Below, in pieces: positions 1-11,445 of a DNA stretch of 64,000 bases; position 1 is the first letter of the stretch, and each line of letters starts with the position of its first letter. Source of the DNA: Squalus acanthias. Its lineage: Eukaryota. The notes below the pieces were generated by a model. That model was not told the DNA's origin. It did no database searches and was given only the letters and a program-made list of their open reading frames with translations. The stretch is taken from NCBI GenBank assembly GCA_030390025.1, contig CM059432.1, forward strand, positions 128,652,001 through 128,716,000, read 5' to 3'. The position numbers were made by a program, and so were the translations under genes.

Positions 1-587
1 TTGTGGCCCCCATCCCACCATTAGCAGGCAAATGAGGGAATCTGCCCTGACCCCAGAAAGAACTTTGCTCTTTCCAGTACGCTGGGCTCTGTGCATGATC
101 GCTACACATTGGAAAGAAGGAGCATTTCACCAGCAGGTAGAGACAGAGATAAACAATTATCATTTAGTGGAAAAGAAGTACTGCGCTCTCAACTTGTGTG
201 ATGTGCGTGGAGTGTCAAACATGCAACTAATCAGAACTTAATTATTAAAGGAACTCTCTCATCATGAAAAAGTGTTTGGCAGATTCTTTTTGTTGCTTAA
301 GAACAACCGGGTTGAGATCAAAAACTGAGTACGGTCACCACTCACTAATCACAGTCACTGCAATGTACTTTATTTTGGATGGCATCCAATGGCAGGGACC
401 TGGGGATGGGATGCCAATTCAACCACTCAGCCAAGATAGGATGTGTGGTGGTAGGTGGGCAGGGGAACCTACAGAAGTGAAGAGACAATTACATTTTTAA
501 AAATGTCTTGAGATTAAGAGAGTTTAATAAAGGTTTTCAAGACTTTGAAAGGTTTTGAGAGGGTAAATAGTGAAAGATTGTTTCTCA

Positions 588-1128
588 TTAGGCCACTGCT
601 AGAGTACTGCGTACAGTTCTGGTCACCACTTTACAGGAAAGATGTGATTGCACTAGAGGGAGTACAGAGGAGATTTACGAGAATGTTGCCAGGACTGGAG
701 AATTTTAGCTCTGAGGAAAGATTGGATAGGCTGGGGTTGATTTCTTTGGAACAGAGGAGGCTGAGGGAGATTTAATTGAGGTGTATAAAATGATGAGGGA
801 CCCAGATAGAGTGGATAGGAAGGACCTATTTCCTTTAGGTCAATAACCAGGGGGCATAGATTTAAAGTAATTGGTAGAAGGATTAGAGGGGAGTTGAGGC
901 AAACATTTTTCACCCAAAGGGTGATGGGGATCTGGAGCTCACTGCCTGAAAGGGTGGTAGAGGCATAAACCCTCATCACATTTAAAAAGTACTTGGATAT
1001 GCACTTTGAAGTGCTGCAACCTACAGGGCTATGGACCAAGAGCTGGAAAGTGGGATTCGGCTGGATAGCAATTTTTCGGCCGGCATGGACACAATGGGGT
1101 GAATGGCCTCCTTCTGTGCCGTAAACTT
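588..1128 (+). mobile_element. CR1 LINE 3' fragment
   Basis: [13 protein letters not shown]...[12 protein letters not shown], then 3'UTR GAATGGCCTCCTTCTGTG. The tail TTCTCTGATTCTAT resumes at about 4347. Confidence 0.9.
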
Positions 1129-1130
1129 GT

Positions 1131-4100
1131 GGGAATGGTAGCATAGTGGTAATGTCACTGGGCTAGTAATCCAGAGGCCTGGACTAATGATCCAGAGACG
1201 TGAGTTCAAATCCCACCACAGTAGCTGGGGAATTTAAATTCAGTTAATTAAATAAATCTGGAATAAAAAGCTAGTATTAGTAATGGTAACCATGAAACTA
1301 TCGGATTGTCGTAAAAACCCATCTGGCTTACTAATGTCCTTTAGGGAAGGAAATCGTCTGTCCTATATGTGACTCCAGACCCACAGCAATGTGATTGACT
1401 CTTAGCTGCCCTCTGAAATGGCCTAGCAAGACACTCAGCTGTAACAAACTGCTACGAAACAAAATAATAAAAATGAAACCGGACGGACCACCCGGCATTG
1501 ACCTCGGCACTGGCTATATACACGGCAATGGCGCACCCAGCCCAGTCGACCCTGCAAAGTCCTCCTCACAAACATCTGGGGACTTGTGCCGAAATTGGGA
1601 GAGCTGTCCCACAGACTAATCAAGCAACAGCCTGACAGTCATACTCACAGAATCATACCTTTCAGCCAATGTCCCAAACTCCTCCATCACCATCCCTGGG
1701 TATGCCCTGTCCCACCGGCAGGACAGACCTACCAGGGGTGGCTGCACAGTGGTATACGGGAGGAAGTGGCCCTGGGAGTCCTCAACATTGACTCCAGACC
1801 CCATGAAGTCTCATGGCTTCAGGTCAAGCATAGGCAAGGAAACCTCGTGCTGATTACCACCTACCGCCCTCCCTCAGCTGATGAATCAGTACTCCTCCAC
1901 GTTGAACACCACTTGGAAGAAGCACCGAGAGTAGCAAGGGCACAGAATGTACTCCGGGTGGGGGACTTCAATGTCCATCACCAAGAGTGGCTCGGTAGCA
2001 CCACAGCTGGCCGAATCCTGAAGGACATATCTGCCAGTCTGGGCCTGCGACAGGTGGTGAGAGAAAAACCTACTTGACCTCGTTCTCACCAATCTACCTG
2101 TCACAAATGTATCTGTCCATGACAGTATTGGTAGCAGTGACCACCGCACAGTCATTGTGGAGACGAAGTCCGGTCTTCACACTGAGGACACCCTCCATCG
2201 TGTTGTGTGGCACTACCAATGGGATAAATTCAGAACAGATCTAGCAGCTCAAAACTGGCCATCCATGAGGTGCTGTGGGGCAGCAGCAGAATTGTATTCC
2301 ACCACAATCTGTAACCTCATAGCCCGGCATATCCCTCACTCTACCATTACCATCAAGCCAGGGAACCAACCCTGGTTCAATAAGGAGTGTAGAAGAGTAT
2401 GCCAGGAGCAGCACCAGGTGTGCCTAAAAATGAGGTGCCAACCTGGGGAAGATGCAACACAGGACTACATGCATGCTAAAAAGCGGAAGCAGCATGCTAT
2501 AGACAGGACTAAGCGATCTCACAATCAGTGAATCAGATCAAAGCTCTGCAGTCCTGCCACATCTAGTCGTGAATGGTGGTGGACCATTAAACAACTAATG
2601 GGAGGAGGAGGCTCCATGAATATCCCCATCCTCAATGATGGTGGAGCCCAGCATGTGAGTGCAAAAGACAAGGCTGAAGCCTTTGCAACCATCTTCAGCC
2701 AGAAGTGCTGAGTGGATGATCTATAGCGGCCTCCTCTTGAGGTCCCCACCATCACAGAAGCCAGTCTTCAGCCAACTCGATTCACTCCACGTGATATCAA
2801 GAAACGGCTGAGCGCACTGGATACAGCAAAGGCTATCGTGCTGAAGACTTGTGCTCCAGAACTAGCCAAGCTGTTTCATCTACATCACTGGCATCTATCC
2901 GACAATGTGGAAAACTGCCCAGGTATGTCCTGTACACAAAAAACAGGGTAAATCCAATCCGGCCAATTACCGCCCCATCAGTCTACTCTCAATCATCAGC
3001 AAAGTGATGGAAGGTGTCATCGACAGTGCTACCAAGCGGCACTTATTCACCAATAACCTGCTCACAGATGCCCAGTTTGGGTTCCGCCAGGACCACTTGG
3101 CTCCCGACCTCATTACAGCCTTGGTCCAAATATGGACAAAGGAGCTGAATTCCAGAGGAGAAGAGAGAGTGACTGCCCTTGACATCAAGGCAGCATTTGA
3201 CTGAGTGTGGCATGAAGGAGCCCTAGTAAAACTGAAGTCAATGGGAATCGGGGGGAAAACTCTCCACTGGCTGGAGTCATACCTACCATATAGGAAGATA
3301 GTTGTGGTGATTGAAGGTCAATCATCACAGCCCCAGGACATCGCTGCAAGAGTTGCTCAGGGCAGTGTCCTAGGCCCAACCATCTTCAGCTGCTTCATCA
3401 ATGACCTTCCCTCCTACATAAGATCAGAAATGGGGATGTTCGCTGATGACTGCACAGTGTTCAATGCCATTCACAACTCCTCAGATAATGAAGCAGTCCA
3501 TGCCCGCATGCAACAAGACCTGGATGACGTTCAGGCTTAGGCTGATAAGTGGCAGGTAACATTCGTGCCACAGAAGTGCCAGGCAATGACTATCTCCAAC
3601 AAGCGAGAGTCAAACCACCACCCCTTGACATTCAATGGCATTACCATCGCTGAATCCCCCACTATCAACATCCTGGGGGTCACCATTGACCAGAAACTTA
3701 ACTGGACCAGCCACAAAAATACTGTGGCAACAAGAGCAGGTCAGATGCTAGGCATTCTGTGGCAAGTGTCTCACCTCCTGACTCCCCAAAGCCTTTCTAC
3801 CATCTACAAGGCACAAGTAAGGAGTGTGATGGAATACTCTACACTTGCCTGGATCAGTGCAGCTCCAATAACACTCAAGAAGCTCAACACCATCCAGGAC
3901 AAAGCAGCCCGCTTGATTAGCACCCCATCTACCACCTTAAACATTCACTCCCTCCACCACCGGCGTACCGTGGCTGCAGTGTGTACCATCTACAAGATGC
4001 ACTGCAGCAACTCACCAAGACTTCTTTGGCAGCACCTTCGAAACCCGCGACCTCTTCCACCTAGAAGGACAAGGGCAGCAGACGCATGGGAACACCACCA

Positions 4101-4343
4101 CCTCCAAGTTCCCCTCCAAGTCACACACCATCCTGACTTGGAAGTATATCGCTGATCCTTCATCGCCGCTGGGTCAAAATCCTGGAACTCCCTCCCTAAC
4201 AGCACTGTGGGAGTACCTTCACCACACGGACTGCAGTGGTTCAAGAAGGCGGCTCACCACCACATTCTGAAGGGCAATTAGGGATGGGCAATAAATGCTG
4301 GCCTTGCCAGCGACGCCCACATCCCATAAACAAATAAAAAAAA
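1131..4343 (+). mobile_element. Near full-length single-ORF non-LTR retrotransposon (CR1-group/Zenon-like EN+RT) with tRNA-derived 5' head; decayed
   Basis: A box TAGCATAGTGG 1139-1149 and B box GTTCAAATCC 1204-1213. APE motifs VLLTNIWGL, YRPP, GDFNVHH, SDH. RT motifs NYRPISLLS, ALDIKAAFD, QGSVLGP, FADD. Ends with AATAAA and an A-tail. Several stops and frameshifts. Confidence 0.92.
1139..1213 (+). promoter_or_regulatory. Pol III type-2 internal promoter (A and B boxes) at the LINE 5' end
   Basis: Matches TRGCNNARYGG and GTTCRANNC. The same head is present at about 31308-31392. Confidence 0.8.
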
Positions 4344-4360
4344 CACTTCTCTGATTCTAT

Positions 4361-4847
4361 GGGGGGAAAAATTCAGTTGCTTTGTGCCTCCCGTTAGCAC
4401 CCTAAGAGGTTAGCGGTGGCGCTAACTGTTAGTGCCATGCGGCACTGCACTGCCGGCGATGACATCATCGCCATGCGCAGGGCCCCGCTCGCGCCTCGGC
4501 CGCGATCTTCGGTAGCGCCCCCTGACTTACCGCTGGACTCTATGTCCGACGGGGTCACGGGGGCCTACCTGCGGCCGGGGTGGCGCTATTTAAAGGCGAG
4601 TTGCCAGGTGGCTATTTCTGTTGCTGGCCGCCTGCCAGCACCTGCCTCCGCTGCCATCCCCGGCCTCCGGACCCGCCCCCCCCCCCCGCCCGCGGATTGC
4701 CGACTGCGCTCCGTGAGCCCGGCACTTCTCTTGCGTGCCGGGCTCTTCTGCCGGCACTCCGATCCCGGTGGCCCAGCTGGGCCCCGGGTCGCGCTGCGCA
4801 AGGCCCCTCTCCTTTAAGAAGGGGAGGAAGGCCTCAATTTTTCTCCC
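4361..4847. mobile_element. GC-rich non-autonomous DNA transposon (Harbinger-like MITE)
   Basis: TIRs GGGGGGAAAAATT / AATTTTTCTCCC. Homologous to 29706-30140 in inverse orientation. Confidence 0.8.
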
Positions 4848-5009
4848 TGTGATTGTAATGGTTGGCAAATTGGTAACAAGAGGAAAATTACGAGACTAAC
4901 AAAGGGGAAGTTAGAAGACATTTTGTCCAAATGGAATATTATTAGAACGTAGAACACATTACCACAGGTGGTTATTAAAGCAGGGAGTATAACATCATTT
5001 AAAAGGGAT

Positions 5010-5132
5010 AAAGCACAAAAAACTGCCGGTGCTGGAAATCTCAGACAACAGAAAATGCTGGGAACACTCAGCAGGTCAGGTCACATCTGTGGAGAGAAAA
5101 GAAGAGTTGATGTTTCAGGGAGTGGGCCTTTT
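5010..5132 (-). mobile_element. Penelope-terminus-derived short repeat
   Basis: AGAAAATGCTGGGAACACTCAGCAGGTCAGG...GTTTCAGG, same family as 8490-8722. Confidence 0.6.
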
Positions 5133-6490
5133 CTTAAAAACTAATTTAAGAAGGAATTGGATAAGTATTTGAAAATAAAGAATTTAAAAGACTAGAGGGA
5201 AAGGAAAGGGAAATGAAGTTAGAGTCGACAGCTCCAACTGAAGATATAACAGGCGTGATGGGCCAAATGGCCTCCCACTGTGCTGTAATTTCTATGATTG
5301 CAGGGGCAGAAAATCAATATATATGTAAAATAAGAATAGACATGTAAAATAGTTACACACCTGTAATATCAGTGTAGTCATGTAATATCGGTACATACAC
5401 GCAGAATCAGTCTTGGTAGAATCATCGAGGTCACCTTAATAATCAGTATGTCATGTCAAAGCAGTACTCATAAATAATATAGTAAGTCACTCTGAAATGA
5501 AGATGGCCGTAACATAAGCATAGAAAGTGTCAGTCAGCAATGCTTGTGGGAGCGGTTCCATAGACCAATGCTCGAAGGATGTTGATGGTCACGCGTATTG
5601 CCATTTGTCAATTAGCACTGGTTAATTTTTCATCCAAAAGCAATGCCTTTCTTCTGTTAACACTCTGTTGACTGTGAAGTGCGCGCTGTTAACACTTAGC
5701 AGCAGTTTCCCAGACTGGGTGATCGTTAGCTAAATTATCCTGGGTTTCTGGATGAGTGTCATGTTCTTTAAGTCCTTGCCTGAGGTTATCCTTGAGATTC
5801 ATTTTCTGATAACCACCCCCCCTGTTCTTTTTCCTGGAATCAGTCGTGGACTATACAGCTGTCGGTAACTGTCCATCTAACACGTGGAAAACATGTCTGG
5901 GCCATTGGAGCTGACCCAGGATAACCATGATTTGAATGCTAGTCCTGTTGATGCTTGCAGCACTTTGGTGCGTGTCACTCTGTCTTATCATTTAATTTTA
6001 ATGGGAGAGTGTATGTGCCTCTGCTGGCATCTTTCTAATTGCTTCACATGCTGATTGTAAGGAGCCCAGGTTCTATAGCTGTTAGGCTGGGTTAATTTCT
6101 TTGCTTTATTAATGTGGACTCAGTTTATCCCACTTTGGTTAGGGCACGTTTGATTACTGTTTTGCATACATTGTATTAATAATGAAGTGTAGAGCGGTTA
6201 AGGCCGAACTGTGTGGTCCCTGGAATATTGGCTTGCTTTGAAACAATGTTGCATGCTGCGCACTGCAATCAAGGTGCCGCAAAAATTGGTCCCAGGTGCA
6301 ACCTGCTCTAGGATTCAGGGCAGTGAACTTGTTCCGTTGGCTTAGACTGTCATTGGGGGTGGAATATGTTGACCCCGCTTCTGGACAGACCCTTGGTAGG
6401 GCGGGGGAAATGGAGTTTAAACCCCTCCCCATAATCTTCAGGCACTTCTCAGGGAGCACTTCTCCTACCTCAACTTCACTGAGGAACAAT

Positions 6491-7329
6491 GGCCCCAATA
6501 TTTACGGGGAGGCGGGGAGGGAGTGGGGCGGGGTGGGGGGTTGGGGGCGTTGGGGTTTGTAACGCAAATCCGGGTAATGTGGGGGTCCTGCCGAATTTAA
6601 CAGAAGAACTCATTTGAATCTTTTTTCTCCGTTTCCCGGCCGACAGCCAGCCAGATCGAGAGGCTGGCCGGCTGTTGGGAGGGAAGGCCTGCGCTGGAAG
6701 GCCACAGCCAGGGAGTGGAGAAGTGTTAAGGAGGGAGAGAAAGATTGCGGGTAGGGGGAGATCATGGGTCGGGGAGAGATCGCGGGGCGGGGGTTGAAGA
6801 GATCACGGTTAGGGGAGATTGCAAGGGGGGTGTTGAAGAGACCGTAGGTTGGGGGTTGGAGATTGTGGGTCGGAGAGATAGCGCGGGGCTTCAGATCGCG
6901 GGACAGGGGGTGTTTGGATTGCGAGGAGGGTGGCCAAACGCGGGGAGGGAAGCAGGTTTGCTTGAGGAGCTGGGGGGGGAAGCACTCCTGCTCCTTCTGG
7001 CCTACAAGCAGTGCTGGAAAGGTATTTACCTGTTGGATCCAGCCACTCTTGCCTCCCTTCAGCTCCCAGGTTTCCCGAACCCTGGGAAACCTGGCCAGCA
7101 GCCATTAAATCTGAAAGTTTGTTAACATTTATGACACACGGCCTCATTAAAATATTTAAATAACTGTGCCGCCTCTCGAGAGCATGTTAATCGCCCACTC
7201 CCCAACCCGCCTCCATTAAAACTGGAAGTGGGCATGCTGGAGGCGGGTTGGGGTCGGGTTTCAGATTTTTGAAATTTTAATCTACCCACCCCCGCACCTG
7301 CCTGTCCTGGGGGGTTATAATTAACCCCG
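6491..7329. mobile_element. GC-rich MITE-like element with AGCACTCCTGCTCC core
   Basis: CpG-rich, shared core motif at 6979-7005, GGCGGG-rich subterminal motifs. Ends are approximate. Confidence 0.55.
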
Positions 7330-7487
7330 ATGTCTCAGGAGGCTGTCACCGAGCTATGTCACTTGCTGCAGCCACAACTCGAACCAGGGCATGGACAGCA
7401 CTGCCTGTGGCTGTCAAAGTCACTATGACCTTTAACTTTTATGCAACAGGCTCTTTCCAGGCTGCAGCAGGAGACATCAGTGGCATG

Positions 7488-8435
7488 TAGCTCTACCGCA
7501 CTACCACTTCTCTCGACCCCTCCACGGTCTCTAAATTGTCAGACTGTTTGTCCGACATCCAGTTCTGGATGGGCAGAAATATTCTCCAATTAAATATTGG
7601 GAAGACTGAAGCCATTGTTTTCGGTTCCCGCCACAAACTCTGTTCCCTAGCCACTGACTCCATCCCTCTCCCCAACATCTGTCTGAGGCTGAACCACACT
7701 GTTCGCAAACTTGGTGTCATATTTGACCCTGAAATGAGCTTCCAACCACATATCCGCAGCATAACGAAGACCGCCTATTTCTACCTCCATAACATCGCCC
7801 GTCTCCACCCCTGGCTCATCTCATCCGCTGCTGAAACCCTCATCCATGCTTTTGTTACCTCCAGACTTGACTATTCCAATGCACTCCTGGCTGGCCTCCC
7901 ACATTCTACCCTACGTAAATTGAGGTCATCCAAAACTCGGCTGCCCGTGTCCTAACTCGCACCAAGTCCCGTTCACCCATCACCCCTGAGATCGCTGACC
8001 TACATTGGCTCCTGGTTAAGCAACGCCTCGATTTCAAAATTCTCATCCTTGTTTTCAAATCCCTCCATGGCCTCGCCCCTCCCTATCTCTGTAATCTTTT
8101 CCAGCCCCACAACCCCCCGAGATATCTGCGCTCCTCTAATTCTGCCCTCCTGAGCATCCCTGATTATAAATCGCTCAACCATTGGTGGCTGTGCCTTCTG
8201 TTGCCTAGGCCCTAAGCTCTGGAATTCCCTCCCTAAACCTCTCTGCCTCGCTACCTTTGTTTCCTCCTTTAAGATGCTCCTTAAAACCTACCTCTTTGAC
8301 CAAGCTTTTGGTCACCTGCCCTAATTTTTCCTTATGTGGCTCGGTGTCAAATTATTTGTCTTTTAATACTCCTGTGAAGCGCCTTGGGATGTTTTACTAT
8401 GTTAAAGGCACCACATAAATACAAGTTGTTGTTGT
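7488..8435 (+). mobile_element. L2 LINE 3' fragment
   Basis: LQLNIGKTE..LGVIFDPEMSF..LIHAFVTSRLDYSNALLAG. Tail AAGCGCCTTGGG..ATAAATACAA(GTT)n. Confidence 0.9.
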
Positions 8436-8489
8436 AATCTCAGTCTGACGTTCCCCAATGTATCCAGGAGGTCACTGAGGAACACCTAT

Positions 8490-8722
8490 ACAAAAACAAA
8501 ATCCTGCAGCTGCTGGAAATCTGAAATAAAAACAGAAAATGCTGGAAACACTCAGCAGGCCAGGCAGCATCTGTGGAGAGAGAAACAGAGTTAACGTTTC
8601 AGGTTGATAACCTTTCGTTAGGACTGTTGACCAGAACTTAATTCGACCTGAAACGCTAACTCTGTTTCTCTCTCCACAGATGCTGCCTGACCTGCTGAGT
8701 ATTACCAGCAATTTTTGTTTTT
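8490..8722. mobile_element. Inverted-repeat (hairpin) insertion of Penelope-type termini
   Basis: Arms at about 8527-8607 and 8643-8722 are reverse complements. Degenerate hammerhead core on the minus strand at 8591-8622. Confidence 0.75.
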
Positions 8723-9321
8723 ATTATAGGAGGAACACTGATGTCACTTTCCCCATGGACAGAGCGAAGCAGGACTTGAGAACACTCATGGCAGGCTTCC
8801 TCAGGGTGCAAGGTGCCATACACTGCACCCACATTGCCTTGACTGCTCCCCATCACCATCCTGGCATCTTTCTGAACAGAATGGGATTCTACTCCCTCAA
8901 CATCCAGCCTTTTTAAGGCCACAGGCAGCGCATCATGCAGGTCTGTGCCCGGTTTCCTGGCTGCAGTCACAATTCATTCATCCTGCACCAGTCCTTTGTG
9001 CTGCCTTTATTCCAAGCAGGCTGTCAGGTTTCAGGCTGGCTACTGGGCAACAAGGGGTATTCCCTTCAAACATGGCTCATGACTCCTGCCAGGAGCCCAG
9101 GCCCAGCTGCACACCTGGCCTACAAAGGAGGCATGTTGCGAACTGCAACATGATCGAGCAGAAAGTCGGTGTCCTCAAGCAATGCTTCCGCTGCCTGGAC
9201 TGTTCAGGAGCATCTTTGCAGTACAGCCCTGAGCGGGTATGCAGATTAGTGGTCGTCTGCTGCATGCGCATAACTTTACCATTGTGTGGGACCAACCCTT
9301 ACCACCACCTGGGCAGCAAGA

Positions 9322-10224
9322 ATTTTTTTTTAAATTAGTTTATGGGATGTGGGCGTCGCTGGCAAGGCCAGCATTTATTGCCCATCCCTAATTGCCCTTC
9401 AGAAGGTGGTGGTGAGCCGCCTTCTTGAACCGCTGCAGTCCATGTAGTGAAGGTACTCCCACAGTGCTGTTAGGTAGGGAGTTCCAGGATTTTGACCCAG
9501 CGACGATGAAGGATTGGTGATATACTTTTAAGTTAGGATGGTGTGTGACTTGGAGGGAACTTGGAGGTGGTGGTGTTCCCATGCGCCTGCTGCGCTTGTC
9601 CTTCTAGGTGGAAGAGGTCGCGGGTTTGGGAGGTGCTGCCGAAGAAGCCTTGGCGAGTTGCTGCAGTGCATCTTGTAGATGGTACACACTGCAGCCACGA
9701 TACGCCAGTGGTGGAGGGACTGAATGTTTAAGGTGATGGATGGGGTGCCAATCAAGCGGGCCGCTTTGTCATCAATGGTGTCGAGCTTCTTGAGTGTTGT
9801 TGGAGCTGCACTGATCCAGGCAAGTGTAGAGTATTCCATCACACTCCTTACTTATGCCTTATAGATGGTGGAAAGGCTTTGGGGAGTCAGGAGGTGAGAC
9901 ATTCGCCGCAGAATACCCAGCCTCTGACCTGCTCTTGTTACCACAGTATTTATGTGGCTGGTCCAGTTAAGTTTCTGGTCAATGGTGACCCCCCAGAATG
10001 TTGATGGTAGGGGATTCAGCGATGGTAATGCCGTTGAATGTCAAGGGGCGGTGGTTAGACTCTCGCTTGTTGGAGATGGTCATTGCCTGGCACTTCTGTG
10101 GCGCAAATGTTACCTGCCACTTATTAGCCCAAGCCTGAACGTCGTCCAGGTTTTGTTGCATGCGGGCATGGACTGCTTCATTATCTGAGGAGTTATGAAT
10201 GGCACTGAACACTGTGCAGTCATC
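9322..10224 (-). mobile_element. 5'-truncated copy of the Zenon-like LINE (same family as 1131-4343)
   Basis: Reverse complement of about 3445-4343. The poly-A appears as a T-run at 9323. Confidence 0.92.
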
Positions 10225-10552
10225 AGAGCAGAAGGAGGAGGAGCAACACTAGGTGGAGGATGAGCATGAGCACCATCGACCACTGGTGCCCCTCGCTGCC
10301 AGAGCTCTTAAAGAGCAGTTCATACAGGAGCGCTTCATGTGAAGCATCCCTCCCATCCCCAATACACCGTCAACCCTGAAATCCTTATCACCACCATCCA
10401 TACTACCACCATCCAATTGCCTTAATCAGTTCAGTATTATGGGTCTTGCTTTCACTTTACTACAAATATAAACACCAACATCAAATCCAGAACACAAAAC
10501 AAATTTATTCAACAACTCAATTCCATCTGTACCTAATATTTAGCAGAAATAA

Positions 10553-11445
10553 TTATGAATCAACCTTGTGCAACCCTTTCGTGCCTGTCTTCTGTGTTCG
10601 TTTACCTACCCTAGTGCTTATACGAAGTGTTTTCCCATTGGCTGCAGCTTGGGAGGTGGGAGGCTGCTGAGCTTCCATTGAGGACACTTCAGATGGCCGT
10701 GGTGGGAGACCCCCAGCAGATCTGGCCCTTGAGGGCTCAGCCACAGACCGGCGTGGGCCAGAGCAGTCTGGCCCAGGTGGCTATGTGGCACAAGCAAGGG
10801 CACTGGTGGAGTGGGTAGCTAGGGCGCAGGAATGCTGTCATCCTAAGAGAGGACAGCAGGTGCCTCTACCATGGAGCTATGGCAACTCTCCTGGGACTGC
10901 CCCTCAGCACGCATACAGCTCTGCACGAGAAGAGAGTGCAGGAGTGATTTAACGCTCTGGAAGCTCCTGTCAACAGTGGCCCCCAGAGCCAAGGTGGCCG
11001 CTGTCTGAGCTCTCAGCAGAAGCTCCATCATGGTGGACGCCACTGTCATGTCCAAGTAGCTGACCACTCTCTCCATGTTGGAAAGAATGGTCTCGATGCT
11101 CTGTGTATAGCCCTGACATGATTTGGAACTGGACTCCTCCATGCTCTACGCCATTGTGTGCAAGCTTGCTGGCAGTCTGCCCAGGGCACCTAGCATTTCC
11201 TGGTGCATGCCCATTAGCCTTCTTTGGTAGGCTGGGTCCTCGGAGCCTTCATCTGAGTCCTCTACAGCAGAGCTAGTATGTGAGCTCGCTCTCTGGCGAG
11301 CTGGCACCTGTGCATCCTGTTCCCTCTGACCTAACTCCAGTACACTTGGGTCACCACCTGCAGATCCTTCATCTGCTCTAACCTCTAATATCCGCAAGGT
11401 GTCAGTATCTGCGCTGGTGGCTGCGAGGGTTAAATCAAGTGACGG
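10553..11445 (-). pseudogene. C-terminal relic of the Harbinger second (Myb/SANT-like) gene, convergent with the transposase
   Basis: Consecutive minus ORFs 11146-11484, 10843-11142 and 10553-10744 (SLDLTLAATSADT..RRLMGMHQEMLGAL..MEESSS) directly downstream of the transposase. Assignment rests on layout and composition. Confidence 0.55.

Larger units (their letters stand above)
505..5300 (+). mobile_element. Old CR1 3' fragment split by nested insertions (pieces about 505-586, 4860-5010, 5145-5300)
   Basis: [16 protein letters not shown] RT C-terminus at 545. The CR1 3' end resumes after 4860 and ends in GGGCCAAATGGCCTCC...TTCTATGATT. Confidence 0.6.
7330..10342 (+). pseudogene. Harbinger (PIF/Harbinger DDE, HARBI1-like) transposase relic interrupted by three insertions
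   Basis: TALPVAVKVT..FYATGSFQ..GDISG (7390-7486). GFLRVQGAIHCTH..FLNRMGFYSLNIQ, ARFPGCSHNSFIL, WLLGNKGY, IEQKVGVLKQCFRCLD..LQYSPERVCRLVVVCC (8728-9300). Acidic tail and stop at 10225-10342. Confidence 0.88.

Noticed and set aside
78..136. Possible 59-nt plus-strand exon (TTTCCAG|...CAG|GTAGAG)
   Set aside because: Weak donor, no recognisable peptide and no partner exons.
1131..1220. Genuine tRNA genes (also at 14029, 31308, 50547)
   Set aside because: A/B boxes run directly into retroelement bodies; no complete cloverleaf or terminator is evident.
4416..4868. Pro/Arg/Ala-rich ORFs in GC-rich MITEs (also 29622-30084, 6745-7147)
   Set aside because: Open because high GC depletes stop codons; no domain recognised.
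5300..6490. Possible additional solo LTR
   Set aside because: Could not find matching TG..CA termini with a TSD; left unassigned.
8680..9338. Host HARBI1 gene
   Set aside because: Frameshifts, altered catalytic motifs and nested insertions indicate a dead transposon.
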